From positions 512,001 to 576,000 of the forward strand of contig CAWFQK010000002.1 of assembly GCA_963817955.1 (NCBI GenBank): a DNA stretch of 64,000 nt. The letters run 5' to 3'. Made by a program: the position numbers and the translations under genes. The notes beneath the pieces were generated by a model that did no database searches, had not been told where the DNA came from, and worked only from the letters and a program-made list of their open reading frames with translations. Positions 1 to 9,359 of this stretch are shown here, one piece after another. Position 1 is the stretch's first letter. The number at the start of each line of letters is the position of its first letter. This DNA is from an uncultured Gemmatimonadaceae bacterium (GTDB lineage Bacteria; Gemmatimonadota; Gemmatimonadetes; Gemmatimonadales; Gemmatimonadaceae).

Positions 1-424
1 GAGCGAAGCGAAGGATCTCTGTGACCGATAGAGCAGCTTTTGAACGCAGAGGACGCAGAGAACTGCAAGAGAACTACCAGAGAACTGCAAAAGACCACTG
101 CAAAAAACTGCAAACGAAAAACTGGAAGATGGAACTGTAAAGATAATTGTAAACGAGAACTGTGAAGGTACGGAAGAGGAAAGCGCGTATCGGTGGAATG
201 AACCGTGTTTGCCGAGTCCACAATCATTCCGCCTATATCATTGATGATCCCGACCTGGGCGATACCATCGGAGCGTCACGACGGCATCATTCAAGACTTC
301 CAGCGAGACAATCCTTCACGGCCCTCTACAGTTCTCGTGCAGTTCTCTGCGACCTCCTGCAGTTCTCTGCGTCCTCTGCGTTGAAAAGCTGGTCTATCGG
401 TCACAGAGATCCTTCGCTGCGCTC
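1..424. repeat. Long inverted repeat (arms about 1-67 and 358-424) of the REP-like GAGCGAAGCGAAGGATCTCT...AGAGATCCTTCGCTGCGCTCAGGATGAC type, with internal AGAACTGCA-like repeats; left arm probably cut by the window edge
   Basis: Reverse complement of 1-67 matches 358-424 with about 3 mismatches; degenerate (A)GAACTGCA units at 57-162 and TGCAGTTCT units at 328-366. Confidence 0.85.
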
Positions 425-630
425 AGGATGACAGCATTGCTCAGGATGACAGCATTGCTCAGGATGACAGCATTGCTCAGGATGACAGCATTGCTCAGGT
501 TGACAGCGTTGCTCAGGATGACAGCATTGCTCAGGATGACAGCATTGCTCAGGTTGACAGCGTTGCTCAGGATGACAGCATTGCTCAGGTTGACAGCGTT
601 GCTCAGGATGACAGCATTGCTCAGGATGAC
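421..630. repeat. 18-bp tandem array GCTCAGGATGACAGCATT, 11 full units plus a partial unit, two unit variants
   Basis: Read directly; units 5, 8 and 10 are the variant GCTCAGGTTGACAGCGTT; the unit begins with the REP end GCTCAGGATGAC. Confidence 0.97.
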
Positions 631-713
631 GGGCCGTCGCTCCGGACGACAAGCCACGATCTTCGCACCCGCGTGACTAATTGCTGGCGATTCACTCGTC
701 GTTCAACAGTCTG

Positions 714-1406
714 TTAGCTCCCACCAGGCTTGTTCGGCCGATAAAGTAATGCCAAACGCGTGGGAGCGACGCCCGCCGAATACGCGGCGAGCAGCATCCA
801 GTTACGGGCGGTTCGCTTGAAGACTCCGTCCGTCGCCCAACGCCGTGCCGATACCGTGACGCACTCGCGGAGCGTGACGATGCGTGAGTGCGCTCTGAGT
901 CGGCGCACGAACTCGACGTCCTCCATCAGCGGGAGCGGCGCGAACCCGCCCGCTCGATCGTAGGTGGTCCGGGTGAGTATCAGCCCCTGGTCGCCGTAGG
1001 GGAGACCGGCCAGTCGTGACCGCGCATCGGTTCCCCACTCCACCATTCTGTACGGCCACGCGTCCGCGGCGATCCGCAAGGCAAACGCGTACGCCACGCC
1101 GTCCGCACGTTGACCGACGACTCGATCGAGTGCTGCTCGCGCATCCTCGTCCAGGCGCGTGTCGGCGTGCAGGAAACAGAGCACATCACCCTGTGCGACC
1201 GCGGCGCCGGCGCGTAACTGATGGCCGCGCCCGCGCGGCGCAGCGACGACCTGTGCGCCCGCCTGGGCAGCGATGAGCGCCGTATCGTCGCTGCTGCCGC
1301 CGTCGCACACGATCACTTCATGCGGAGCTCGCACGCCCTCCAAGTCGTGGAGCAGCGAGGGCAGATCATGCTGCTCGTTGAGCGCCGGGATGACGATCGA
1401 AAGCAT
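714..1406 (-). CDS. GT2 glycosyltransferase, TIGR04283-like (radical SAM/selenodomain-associated, arsenosugar-cluster type)
   Basis: MLSIVIPALNE, CDGGSSD, RGRGHQL, FLHADT, YGDQGL, PLMEDV and VSARRW motifs; start reset to ATG 1406. Confidence 0.85.
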   Translation of the reverse strand: MLSIVIPALNEQHDLPSLLHDLEGVRAPHEVIVCDGGSSDDTALIAAQAGAQVVAAPRGRGHQLRAGAAVAQGDVLCFLHADTRLDEDARAALDRVVGQRADGVAYAFALRIAADAWPYRMVEWGTDARSRLAGLPYGDQGLILTRTTYDRAGGFAPLPLMEDVEFVRRLRAHSRIVTLRECVTVSARRWATDGVFKRTARNWMLLAAYSAGVAPTRLALLYRPNKPGGS

Positions 1407-1419
1407 GCCTGACTCCGGC

Positions 1420-2889
1420 CTAAGCCGCGTCTGAAGCGGACAGCGTTTCGAGCGACATCCCCGCTCCCTCGATCCCCCAGACCGACCACGGGACCATAGC
1501 GAGAGCGCCCGCGAGCCACATGATCGCAAGCGCCACAAATCCGCCGGTAATCCCGAGCGGCCCCTTCGCGATCCAGACCAACAACGGCGCGCTGGCGGCC
1601 GCGCCGATTCGCCCGACGCCAACGGATAGCCCAACCCCTGTCGACCGCAAGCGTGTCGGGAAGATCTCGGTGAATGTCGGATACGCCGTCGTCCACGCGC
1701 CGGTGCCGAAGAAATTCGCCGCCACGAACGCCGACAGGACCCACGCCCCGCTATGTGTCGCCGCCGCGGGCGCCATGAGCGCCGCGCCTGCCGCAGCCAA
1801 CACGTAGAACATCGGCACCGTGATGCGCCGGCCGAGTCGGTCGATCACACTCGCTCCGGTCAGGCCGCCCGCCAGCGCGCCGACGTTTCCAAGGAAGAAG
1901 AACCACGGAATCTGACTGTCGGGAATGTGGACTGCAGGAAGGACGACCAACGGCAGAAAGGCAAAGATACCGTAGTACCCGAACGCTTCGGACAGATCCA
2001 GCGCGCACCCAAGCGCCGTACGAGCCGGGTACACGCGAACGAGCTCCCACACTTGAGCAAAGAAGGGGGGTGTGTTCCCCGCGCGTAGGCTCTCAGCGTT
2101 CGTTGATGAGCGCATCAGTGGTGTAGCAGACACCAGCGCGGCTGAGGGCTGCCCCGCCGCCACTTCGATTTCGTCGATGACCAGCGCGGCTTCGTCGGTC
2201 CGTCCCTTGGCGAGCAACCATCGTGGCGATTCGGGGAGGCTGCGCCGCATCCAGAGGATGAACAGCGCGCCGACTCCACCGATGCCAAATCCGAGGCGCC
2301 ATCCGACATTGGCGGCGAACAGATTGATGAAGTAGAGGTTGGCCAGCGCAGCGATCATCGCGCCGACCGGCCAGAAATTCATCACCAATGAGTTGACCTT
2401 CCCACGATGGCGTGGCGGAATCAGCTCACTGATCGCGGAGTTGACTGCCGTGTACTCGGCGCCCACGCCGATCGCGGTCAGGAAGCGGAACGTCATCAGG
2501 AACCAGTAGCTGGTCGACAGCGCCGTGATGATCGTACAGGAGGAATACAGCAGCAAGGTGCCGATGAAGAGCCGCTTTCGCCCGAACCGATCGGCCAGAT
2601 AGCCGAAGACGAAGGCGCCAACCATGATACCGATGAGCCAGATGCTCACCACCCACGCGGCCTCACTATCGGTGAGATGGAAGACCTTCGCGATCACTCC
2701 GATCACACTTCCCACAATATTGACTTCGAACGAATCGAGCAGCCATCCGATGCCCAGGACGGCGGTGATGCGCGTGTGAAAACGGCTCCATCGCAGGTGA
2801 TCCAAACGGCTCGTCAGCAGTTCGGGCGTGGCCGGCACCCGCGACGCGAGGGATGCGATACTCCCGACTTCCGCGCAGCGTTCACGCAT
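1420..2889 (-). CDS. MFS transporter (sugar porter/SV2-like)
   Basis: GYLADRFGRK and DRLGRR MFS motifs, PESPRWL, about 12 hydrophobic segments; ATG 2889 overlaps the upstream TGA and follows GGGAGG. Confidence 0.92.
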   Translation of the reverse strand: MRERCAEVGSIASLASRVPATPELLTSRLDHLRWSRFHTRITAVLGIGWLLDSFEVNIVGSVIGVIAKVFHLTDSEAAWVVSIWLIGIMVGAFVFGYLADRFGRKRLFIGTLLLYSSCTIITALSTSYWFLMTFRFLTAIGVGAEYTAVNSAISELIPPRHRGKVNSLVMNFWPVGAMIAALANLYFINLFAANVGWRLGFGIGGVGALFILWMRRSLPESPRWLLAKGRTDEAALVIDEIEVAAGQPSAALVSATPLMRSSTNAESLRAGNTPPFFAQVWELVRVYPARTALGCALDLSEAFGYYGIFAFLPLVVLPAVHIPDSQIPWFFFLGNVGALAGGLTGASVIDRLGRRITVPMFYVLAAAGAALMAPAAATHSGAWVLSAFVAANFFGTGAWTTAYPTFTEIFPTRLRSTGVGLSVGVGRIGAAASAPLLVWIAKGPLGITGGFVALAIMWLAGALAMVPWSVWGIEGAGMSLETLSASDAA

Positions 2890-3689
2890 CAAAACCTCCC
2901 TCGTGCGCGTTCCTTGCCCGGAAGAATCTCGAGGCAGGTCGTCCACCAGCCGGTCCGAATGGTCTCGATGAATTCGTCTGGCAGACGCTCGTCTCGCATC
3001 TCGTCCGCCAGCGCGTCGACGTCGTACCGCACCGGAATGAACTCGACGGTGAGCGGCCTTCCGTCACCACGGTCCTCGCGCGGCACCTGGAGTATCGAAT
3101 ACCACACCACTGGCGTTCCGTCGTTCGCTGGCCGGCCAAGCGCGCCCACGTTCACGTGCCAGTTTCCCTGCGCCACTCGGCGTTGCCAGTGAATTCCCGT
3201 GTGTGTCGCGAGCGTGACGTCGCAATCGTAGTCACGATGCAGCTTCTCGAGAAAGTGCGTCGGGGTGGCGCTCTCCCAGAGGAACTCGTTCATCTGCCGC
3301 GGACTGCCGTGGCAGCAGAGCACGCGCAGCCCGCCCAGGTCGAAACGAAACTCGCTGGGCAGCGTGGCGAGCCACGCGCGATTCGCCGGCGACGTGTTGG
3401 CGTACGTGTACTGATAGGAGAGGCGGCCAAAGTAGTTGTCGCGTGGATCGGTGTAGCCGCATTGACAGTCGTCGAGGCCGCGGGCGACCGAATCGTCGTA
3501 GTTGCCGCGCATGACCTGAACGCCGTGCTCTCGCAGCAGCGGGAAGACCTTGTCGGGGCTCGGACCGAATGCGCCGAGGTCCCCGAGGCAATACAGCGCG
3601 TCGACACCGCGCTCGCGAGTGTCGCGCAGCGCCGCAGCCAGCGCGACGTGGTTGGAGTAGACGCCGCCGAATACGGCGATGCGGTGCAT
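2889..3689 (-). CDS. Calcineurin-like metallophosphoesterase
   Basis: GGVYSN (degenerate DxH), CLGD, RGNYD, CHGSP, THTG and NVGALG motifs; start reset to ATG 3689. Confidence 0.88.
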   Translation of the reverse strand: MHRIAVFGGVYSNHVALAAALRDTRERGVDALYCLGDLGAFGPSPDKVFPLLREHGVQVMRGNYDDSVARGLDDCQCGYTDPRDNYFGRLSYQYTYANTSPANRAWLATLPSEFRFDLGGLRVLCCHGSPRQMNEFLWESATPTHFLEKLHRDYDCDVTLATHTGIHWQRRVAQGNWHVNVGALGRPANDGTPVVWYSILQVPREDRGDGRPLTVEFIPVRYDVDALADEMRDERLPDEFIETIRTGWWTTCLEILPGKERARGRF

Positions 3690-3709
3690 TGCGTTCAACG
3701 GTGGCCCAC

Positions 3710-4692
3710 TCACGAGAGTCCCTCGATGGACGCCGGCGCGTTGGCGCAGATCGCGCCGCTCGCGTAGCAGGTGTAACACGCCGAGTCGATGAGTGCGGCC
3801 GGCCGGATCACGGCCTCGCCGAGCGTCATACCGAGTCGCGCGCTTGGTCGGTCGAGGAGAATTGGACACGCATACACGGCTTGCTCGGTGACGAGTCGCG
3901 CGCGCGAGCAGAGGAGCTGGTCCAGGTCGAAGCCGTGCAGCATCTCGTGCGTCACACGGTCTTCTGGCGCATAGCCGTGCGTTCGCGTGGCCTCGCCGCC
4001 AATGCGCAGCGGTGGCAGAATCTTGAGTCGCGGCCGGTGATAGTCGACGCTCGCGAGCAGGTCGCGGAACGCACGCAGGACGGCGACTCCTTCGTCGTCC
4101 GCCCACGTCTGCATCGCCGTGATGATGGGCAGGAAACCGGCAGCGACGAGCTCACGAATGCCGGCTAGCGCGCGCGCGAAGCTGCCCTCGCCGCGAATGT
4201 CGTCGTTCATGGCCGGCGTGGTGCCATCCAGCGAGACGCGCAGCTCGAGCGTGTACGGCGACCCAGCCGCGACATCCGCTAACGCGCGCGCGGTGCGACT
4301 GAGCACGAGAGTCGCGTTCGTGAGCACGGTCGCCGGCCCGTAGACGAGCGCGTCGCCGAGCATGGGCACGATCTCCCGGTGCATGAACGGCTCGCCGCCC
4401 GTGAAGTAGTATTCTCTGACTCCGAACGCCACCGACTCACGAAGCGCCGCACGGACCTGAGCGCGAGTCATGAACCAGAAGGAATGGTTTTGCGGCGTGC
4501 AACGGATGAAGCAGTGCCGACAGCGCAGGTTGCAGACGGTGCCGCTCACCTGAAACCAGAGCTGGTCCAGCGCGGCGAGCGGGACGCTTGGCGCGCTGCG
4601 TGCGCGGACAGCGCCAGCTGCACGAGCGGCGGTTCGCCGGCGTGTGGCGGGTGCTCGTTCGCGAGCGCGAGATTGCTGATCCTTTTCGTCAT
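3710..4692 (-). CDS. Radical SAM protein with Cys-rich C-terminus; 5' end probably frameshifted
   Basis: CNLRCRHC, FTGGEP and C-terminal LLC..YACP..CYTC..C; the conserved-looking APSVPLAALDQLWFQV lies upstream of GTG 4549 with no in-frame ATG, while ATG 4692 is in another frame. Confidence 0.85.
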
Positions 4693-4714
4693 CCTTGATT
4701 CATCTCCGTCGCCC

Positions 4715-6121
4715 TTACCGGCGCACGTACCAGTTCGTGACGCGCTGCACGATCCCGGTGAAGCGCGAGCGCGTATACGACTCCGCCGCTTGCCGGATCG
4801 CCTCAGGATACGTGGGGTACGCATGCATCGTGTTGCCGAGCGCTCCGGCGGAGATCCCGTGCTTCATGGCAAGCACGATCTCGCCGATCAAATTGCCTGC
4901 GCCGTGCCCAAGAATATGTCCGCCCAGGATCCGGCCTTTGCGGTCAGTCACGAGCTTGACCAGCCCTTCGGGTCTGCCGTCCACGATCGCGCGATCCACA
5001 TCACTGAAAGCGCGGCGCCAGATGCGCACGTCGCCGCTGAACCGTTCCCGCGCCTCCTTCTCGGTGAGGCCAACATGGGCGAGCTCGGGCTCCGTGAACG
5101 TCACCCACGGCACGGCTGAGTAATCCACGCTCGAGTGAAACGGAAAGAACGCGTTGCGGATGACGAGCCGCGCCTGGTAATCCGCAACATGCGTGAATCG
5201 CAGCGGTCCGATGCAGTCGCCCGCTGCCCAAACGCCGCGCGCCGTGGTGCGGAGCTGATCGTCGACGACGATGCCGTCCTTCGTCGCCTGCACGCCAGCC
5301 TTTTCCAGATCGAGCGACGCGAGATTCGGCGTCCGGCCCGTCGCGACCAGGAGCGCATCGCCCTCGAACACCGGCGCGTTGCCGATCCCGGTGTGAAGCT
5401 GCACGCGACCACCCGTTTGGGTTGCGCGTTTCACGGCGGTGCCGAGATGGATCTCGACGCCCTCAGTTCCAAGCCGGTCGCCCAGCAGTTCCGCCAGCTC
5501 GTGGTCCTCACGCGGAAGGAGCTGCGATGCCGCTTCGATGACCTGCACGCGAGTCCCGAGTCGCGCGAATGCCTGCGCCAACTCCAAACCGATGGCGCCG
5601 GCACCGAGAATCAGCAGCGTCTTCGGCTGCCGCTCGAGCGAGAAGACGGTCTCGTTCGTGAGGTACTTGACGTCGGCCAGACCATCGATAGGCGGAACGG
5701 CGGGCTTCGTGCCCGTCGCGATGACGATGCGCTTCGCCGTGAGCGAACGCCCGTCAACGTCGAGCGTGCGATTACCGGTGAAGCGGGCGCTACCTTCAAC
5801 TACCTCGACTCCGAGCGAGCGAAAGCGGTCGGGACTGTCATGTGGGGCGATGCGATGTTGCGCCTCGTGCACCCAATCCATGACAAGACCGAAATCCAGT
5901 TCCATTGCGCTCGTATTCACACCAAACCGAGATGCATACCGCGTGTCATGCGCCGCGCGAGCCGCCGCGATGAGCGCCTTGCTCGGCACGCAGCCGTTCC
6001 ACAGGCACTCGCCACCCAGCCGGTTTCGCTCGATGAGCGCGACGCGCGCACCGATTCCTGCGCTGCCGGCAGCAGTAACAAGCCCTGCGGTCCCGCCCCC
6101 AACCACGATAATATCGTACAT
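4715..6121 (-). CDS. FAD-dependent pyridine nucleotide-disulfide oxidoreductase (MerA/dihydrolipoamide dehydrogenase-like)
   Basis: GGGTAG, redox motif GGECLWNGCVPSK, GAGAIG, AAGD, HAYPTYPE; lacks the MerA C-terminal CC pair. Confidence 0.92.
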   Translation of the reverse strand: MYDIIVVGGGTAGLVTAAGSAGIGARVALIERNRLGGECLWNGCVPSKALIAAARAAHDTRYASRFGVNTSAMELDFGLVMDWVHEAQHRIAPHDSPDRFRSLGVEVVEGSARFTGNRTLDVDGRSLTAKRIVIATGTKPAVPPIDGLADVKYLTNETVFSLERQPKTLLILGAGAIGLELAQAFARLGTRVQVIEAASQLLPREDHELAELLGDRLGTEGVEIHLGTAVKRATQTGGRVQLHTGIGNAPVFEGDALLVATGRTPNLASLDLEKAGVQATKDGIVVDDQLRTTARGVWAAGDCIGPLRFTHVADYQARLVIRNAFFPFHSSVDYSAVPWVTFTEPELAHVGLTEKEARERFSGDVRIWRRAFSDVDRAIVDGRPEGLVKLVTDRKGRILGGHILGHGAGNLIGEIVLAMKHGISAGALGNTMHAYPTYPEAIRQAAESYTRSRFTGIVQRVTNWYVRR

Positions 6122-6296
6122 CGACCCTCGCTCAGATCGCGCCATGGCCGGCTACGCAGCAGCCACCGCGACAAGTCACAGGCGATGCCAAGAGTTCCCA
6201 GGTGAACGTGTGAGACTGCCAGCAAGGGCGGGAACCACGCCGAGCTTGCGGGACTTGTCAAGTTAGCGTTTACCCGGATTCCCGAGGTCTTTCGCA

Positions 6297-6983
6297 ATGC
6301 CCAAGCCCGCCGCAGTCAAGCTCGGCCTGTTCGTGGCGGTCCTCGCGGCGATCGCGCTTGTCGCTTGGCGGCTTGGTTTCTTCCAGCTCGCGCATCCGGC
6401 GACCCTTGCGCGGGCCGTCCGATCGGTCCGCGCGCATCCGTTCGCGGGACCACTGTTCGTCGCCGCGTACACGCTGGCGATCATGTTTGGGCTGCCGGGC
6501 TCCGCGTTCACACTCGCGGGCGGCGCGATATTCGGCTTCTGGTGGGGACTGCTGCTCAATTGGCTCGGCGCTCTCGCAGGCGCGACGCTAGCATACCTGT
6601 TCGCCCATGCGCTCTGCGGCGACGTCTGCCGCTCGCTGCTCGGCCGGTACAGCAGCAAACTCGAGCAGGCCGCGCAGTCGCACGGTCTGATGGCGACGTT
6701 GCGACTGCGTCTCATTCCAGTCGTCCCGTTCAACCTTCTCAACTTTGGCGCAGCGCTCGCGGGCGTTCCATTTCGCGATTACGTGCTCGCCACTGCGGCC
6801 GGCATCATTCCCGGCACGGCTGTCTACACGTACTTTGCCGACGCACTGTTGAGCGGAGCCGCGGGCGCGAGCCGGCACGCCTTGCTCAACGTCAGTCTCG
6901 CGGGCGCGCTGTTGCTGGCGATGTCATTTGTGCCGACGCTCGTGCGGAAAATGCGCGGCACGCGCCAGACATCACGATCATGA
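6297..6983 (+). CDS. TVP38/TMEM64 (DedA/VTT domain) membrane protein
   Basis: LPGSAFTLAGGAIFG, LRLIPVVPFNLLNF, GIIPGT motifs. Confidence 0.92.
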   Translation: MPKPAAVKLGLFVAVLAAIALVAWRLGFFQLAHPATLARAVRSVRAHPFAGPLFVAAYTLAIMFGLPGSAFTLAGGAIFGFWWGLLLNWLGALAGATLAYLFAHALCGDVCRSLLGRYSSKLEQAAQSHGLMATLRLRLIPVVPFNLLNFGAALAGVPFRDYVLATAAGIIPGTAVYTYFADALLSGAAGASRHALLNVSLAGALLLAMSFVPTLVRKMRGTRQTSRS

Positions 6984-7049
6984 ATGGCACATGGACGAAG
7001 CACCGAGCATTCTGCTTCTGGTGCGTGCTCGCATAGCCCCGACATTCAC

Positions 7050-7790
7050 ATGGCAGAGCTCAGCGATCTTCCCCTACGTCATCGCCTCACGCTCGCAGTG
7101 TACTCGTGGCGGCGCAACGACCCTGTTCCGTGGTCGCCGCTTGCGAAGCCAATCGAGCGCGCGCGCCTGGCTCTGGTGACAAGCGCCGGCCTGTACCAGC
7201 GAGATGTCGACGCGCCGTTCGCAGAGACACGTGGCGGCGATACCAGCTTTCGCGTCATTCCGGACGACGTGGATCTACAGACGCTGCTTATCGGGCAGAC
7301 CAGTGACGCATTCGACCGGCGTCCCCTCGAGCAGGACCGGAACGCGGGGTTTCCGCTGGATCGATTGCACGAGCTCGTGGAGGACGGAACGATCGGTGCT
7401 GCCGCCCCGCGTCACATCAGCATCAACGGTTCGATCACGGCGCCGGGACGGCTCGTGCGTGAAACCGGGCCGAAGGTGGCCGAGATACTCCGAGCGGATC
7501 AGGTCGACGCCGCGCTCTTCGTGCCCGTGTGACCCATGTGTACGCAGTCCGTGGGACTGCTCGCGGGTGTGCTCGAGGCGCATGGCGTCAGCACGGTGTG
7601 CATTGCGCTCCTACGGGACGTGGCCCGGCACGTTCGGCCGCCGCGGGCGCTCGCTGTGCCGTTTCCCTTCGGGCTCCCGCTCGGTAGCGCGAGCGACGGT
7701 GGCCAACAGCGCTCCGTGATCCGCGCGGCGCTCGCGCTGTTGCGCGAAGGGGGGCCGGGGCCGGTGTTGCGCGATTATGTGATTACATGA
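7050..7790 (+). CDS. GrdB/PrdB-like (glycine/betaine/sarcosine/D-proline reductase selenoprotein B family) selenoprotein; TGA 7530-7532 read as Sec (VPV-U-PMC)
   Basis: ARLALVTSAGL, GDTSFRVIP, DRNAGFPLDRL and DQVDAALFVPV continue in frame past TGA into PMCTQSVGLLAGVLEAHGVSTV and VRPPRALAVPFPFGLPLG; SECIS-like hairpin just downstream. Confidence 0.88.
7530..7568 (+). promoter_or_regulatory. Putative bacterial SECIS element
   Basis: Perfect 7-bp stem GCAGTCC (7544-7550)/GGACTGC (7554-7560) with a GUG loop, starting 11 nt after the UGA; possible lower stem ACCC/GGGT. Confidence 0.75.
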
Positions 7791-7828
7791 TAAGGCGCCG
7801 ATGACGACGCCGGCCTCGTTCCACTGGC

Positions 7829-7857
7829 TTGTCGGGCTCACGCCATTTGCGTATACT
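7829..7857 (+). promoter_or_regulatory. Putative sigma70 promoter of the Xre-RES operon
   Basis: TTGTCG-17 nt-TATACT; repeated GCCA(T/C)TTG motifs overlap and follow it (possible operator). Confidence 0.5.
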
Positions 7858-7889
7858 GCCTATGCCACTTGACACTTCCGAGGACTCCA

Positions 7890-8330
7890 ATGACGGCCAC
7901 CGCGATTGCGCACCTACTTGGTGGACGAAGCGTTCTCGGACGGACCGTCCGCACGGACAGCGAACTGATCGCCGCGGTCCGCGACGGATTGCCGTTTCTC
8001 GCCCTGCGGCACCTGTTCGATGAGTTTGCCTCCACCGATCTGGCCGTGCAGGAGATGTACTCCTTGGTAGGGAGCCCGCGGACGCTTCAGCGCAAGCAGG
8101 CAGCGCGGACGCGCCTGACTGCGGCGGAGTCGGATCGCGTGGCGCGGGTCGCGCGCGTGCTGGCGCGTGCCGAAGAGGCCATCGGCGACAAGGCACGGGC
8201 GCGCCTCTGGCTGACGGAGCCCACGGCCGCACTTGGAGGGCGTCGCCCTGTGGAGTTGCTCGACAGCGACCTCGGCACCGGGCAGGTCGAGCGTGTGCTG
8301 GGCCGTATTGAGCACGGCGTCTATGAGTAG
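7890..8330 (+). CDS. Xre/MbcA/ParS-family antitoxin
   Basis: RTLQRK HTH region, LTAAESDRVARVARV, WLTEPTAALGGRRPVELL, VLGRIEHG; GAGGA RBS. Confidence 0.92.
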   Translation: MTATAIAHLLGGRSVLGRTVRTDSELIAAVRDGLPFLALRHLFDEFASTDLAVQEMYSLVGSPRTLQRKQAARTRLTAAESDRVARVARVLARAEEAIGDKARARLWLTEPTAALGGRRPVELLDSDLGTGQVERVLGRIEHGVYE

Positions 8331-8333
8331 TCG

Positions 8334-8787
8334 GTGCTGATCTACCGCCTGTCGCGCAAGAAACACGCGGCGCTCGACGGCGAAGGGGCGCGCCTCTACG
8401 GGGGCCGCTGGAACAGCGCCGGACGGCCGGTCGTCTACGCGTCGGCGACCCTTTCGCTGGCGGTGCTCGAGCGTCTCGTGCACCTCTCGCTGAAGACACT
8501 CCCCCCCGATCTGGTCGCCTACAGCATCGACGTCCCGGACGAATTCGGCCGTCCCGACCATCGCCGTTGCGCTCCCGGCCGATTGGCGCACCCCGGGCTG
8601 TGCCGCCTGCCGCGACGCGGGCGATGCCTGGCTCGTCGCCGGGACATCCGTCGTCCTCAAGGTGCCGTCGGCTGTCGTCGCGGGGGAGTTCAACTTCCTC
8701 GTGAACCCCCTGCATCCCGACCTCGCGCGCCTCTCGGTGCGCACCACGATCCCATTCGCATTCGACCCGCGGCGGTTGGCGCCGTAA
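8334..8787 (+). CDS. RES-domain toxin, frameshifted near 8545
   Basis: GGRWNS, VYASATLSLAVLE, then LKVPSAVV and EFNFLVNPLHP..FDPR in a shifted frame ending at TAA 8785-8787. Confidence 0.88.
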
Positions 8788-8858
8788 GCACCCGCGGGGA
8801 AACCGTTAGATAGCATGTTGTCAAATCGTCGTTGGACCCCATCAGGAGCACGCGCTCG

Positions 8859-9359
8859 ATGTTAGATCCCGTTACCGTAGTCGCGAGCAGTTTGTTCGGA
8901 ATTCCATTCGGGCTGTTGGGTCTTCACGGTATCTCCCGTTGGCTCGGCAAGCGCCGGAACCGCCAGCAGCTCTGCGGGCACTGCGCGGGACCGCTCTACG
9001 CCAGCGCGAGTCGCGACAGCCCCGCGCTCCTGGAAGGCATTCACATCTGTTCGCCGTGCGCCGCGAACAATGCGAAGCGACTGGGGCGAGTTCTCCGAAT
9101 CGTCGCGGGACTCGCACTCGTCTCGATTGGCTCCGGCATCGCCCTGGCAGTCGTCATGGGCGGCATTTGGTGGGCGGCTCCCTTGTTCGCGGGTCTGGAG
9201 TCCGCAGTGCTCTATGGAGGCACGCTCGCATGGATGAAGCGAGCGAATCGACGGCGAGCGACTGCGCTGATGGCTGCGCGTGAGGGCTCAGGTGGCTCCC
9301 CCGCTCAGTCGTCCGCGCGAATCTTCCTCAGCAGCGTCTGCTGCTGCTCCGTGAGCTGA
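8859..9359 (+). CDS. Hypothetical membrane protein with a CxxC..CxxC zinc-ribbon-like motif
   Basis: AGGAG RBS; three hydrophobic segments; CGHC and CSPC; 3' end overlaps the convergent gene. Confidence 0.55.
   Translation: MLDPVTVVASSLFGIPFGLLGLHGISRWLGKRRNRQQLCGHCAGPLYASASRDSPALLEGIHICSPCAANNAKRLGRVLRIVAGLALVSIGSGIALAVVMGGIWWAAPLFAGLESAVLYGGTLAWMKRANRRRATALMAAREGSGGSPAQSSARIFLSSVCCCSVS

Noticed and set aside
421..630. CRISPR array or coding ORFs (MTALLR, VILSNA, HPEQCC repeats)
   Set aside because: Head-to-tail units with no unique spacers and no cas genes; the ORFs are translations of the repeat
4715..6121. merA assignment
   Set aside because: No C-terminal CC pair and no mer genes nearby
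6125..6295. Cobalamin riboswitch or sigma54 promoter in the divergent intergenic region
   Set aside because: Only scattered short motif resemblance; spacing does not fit
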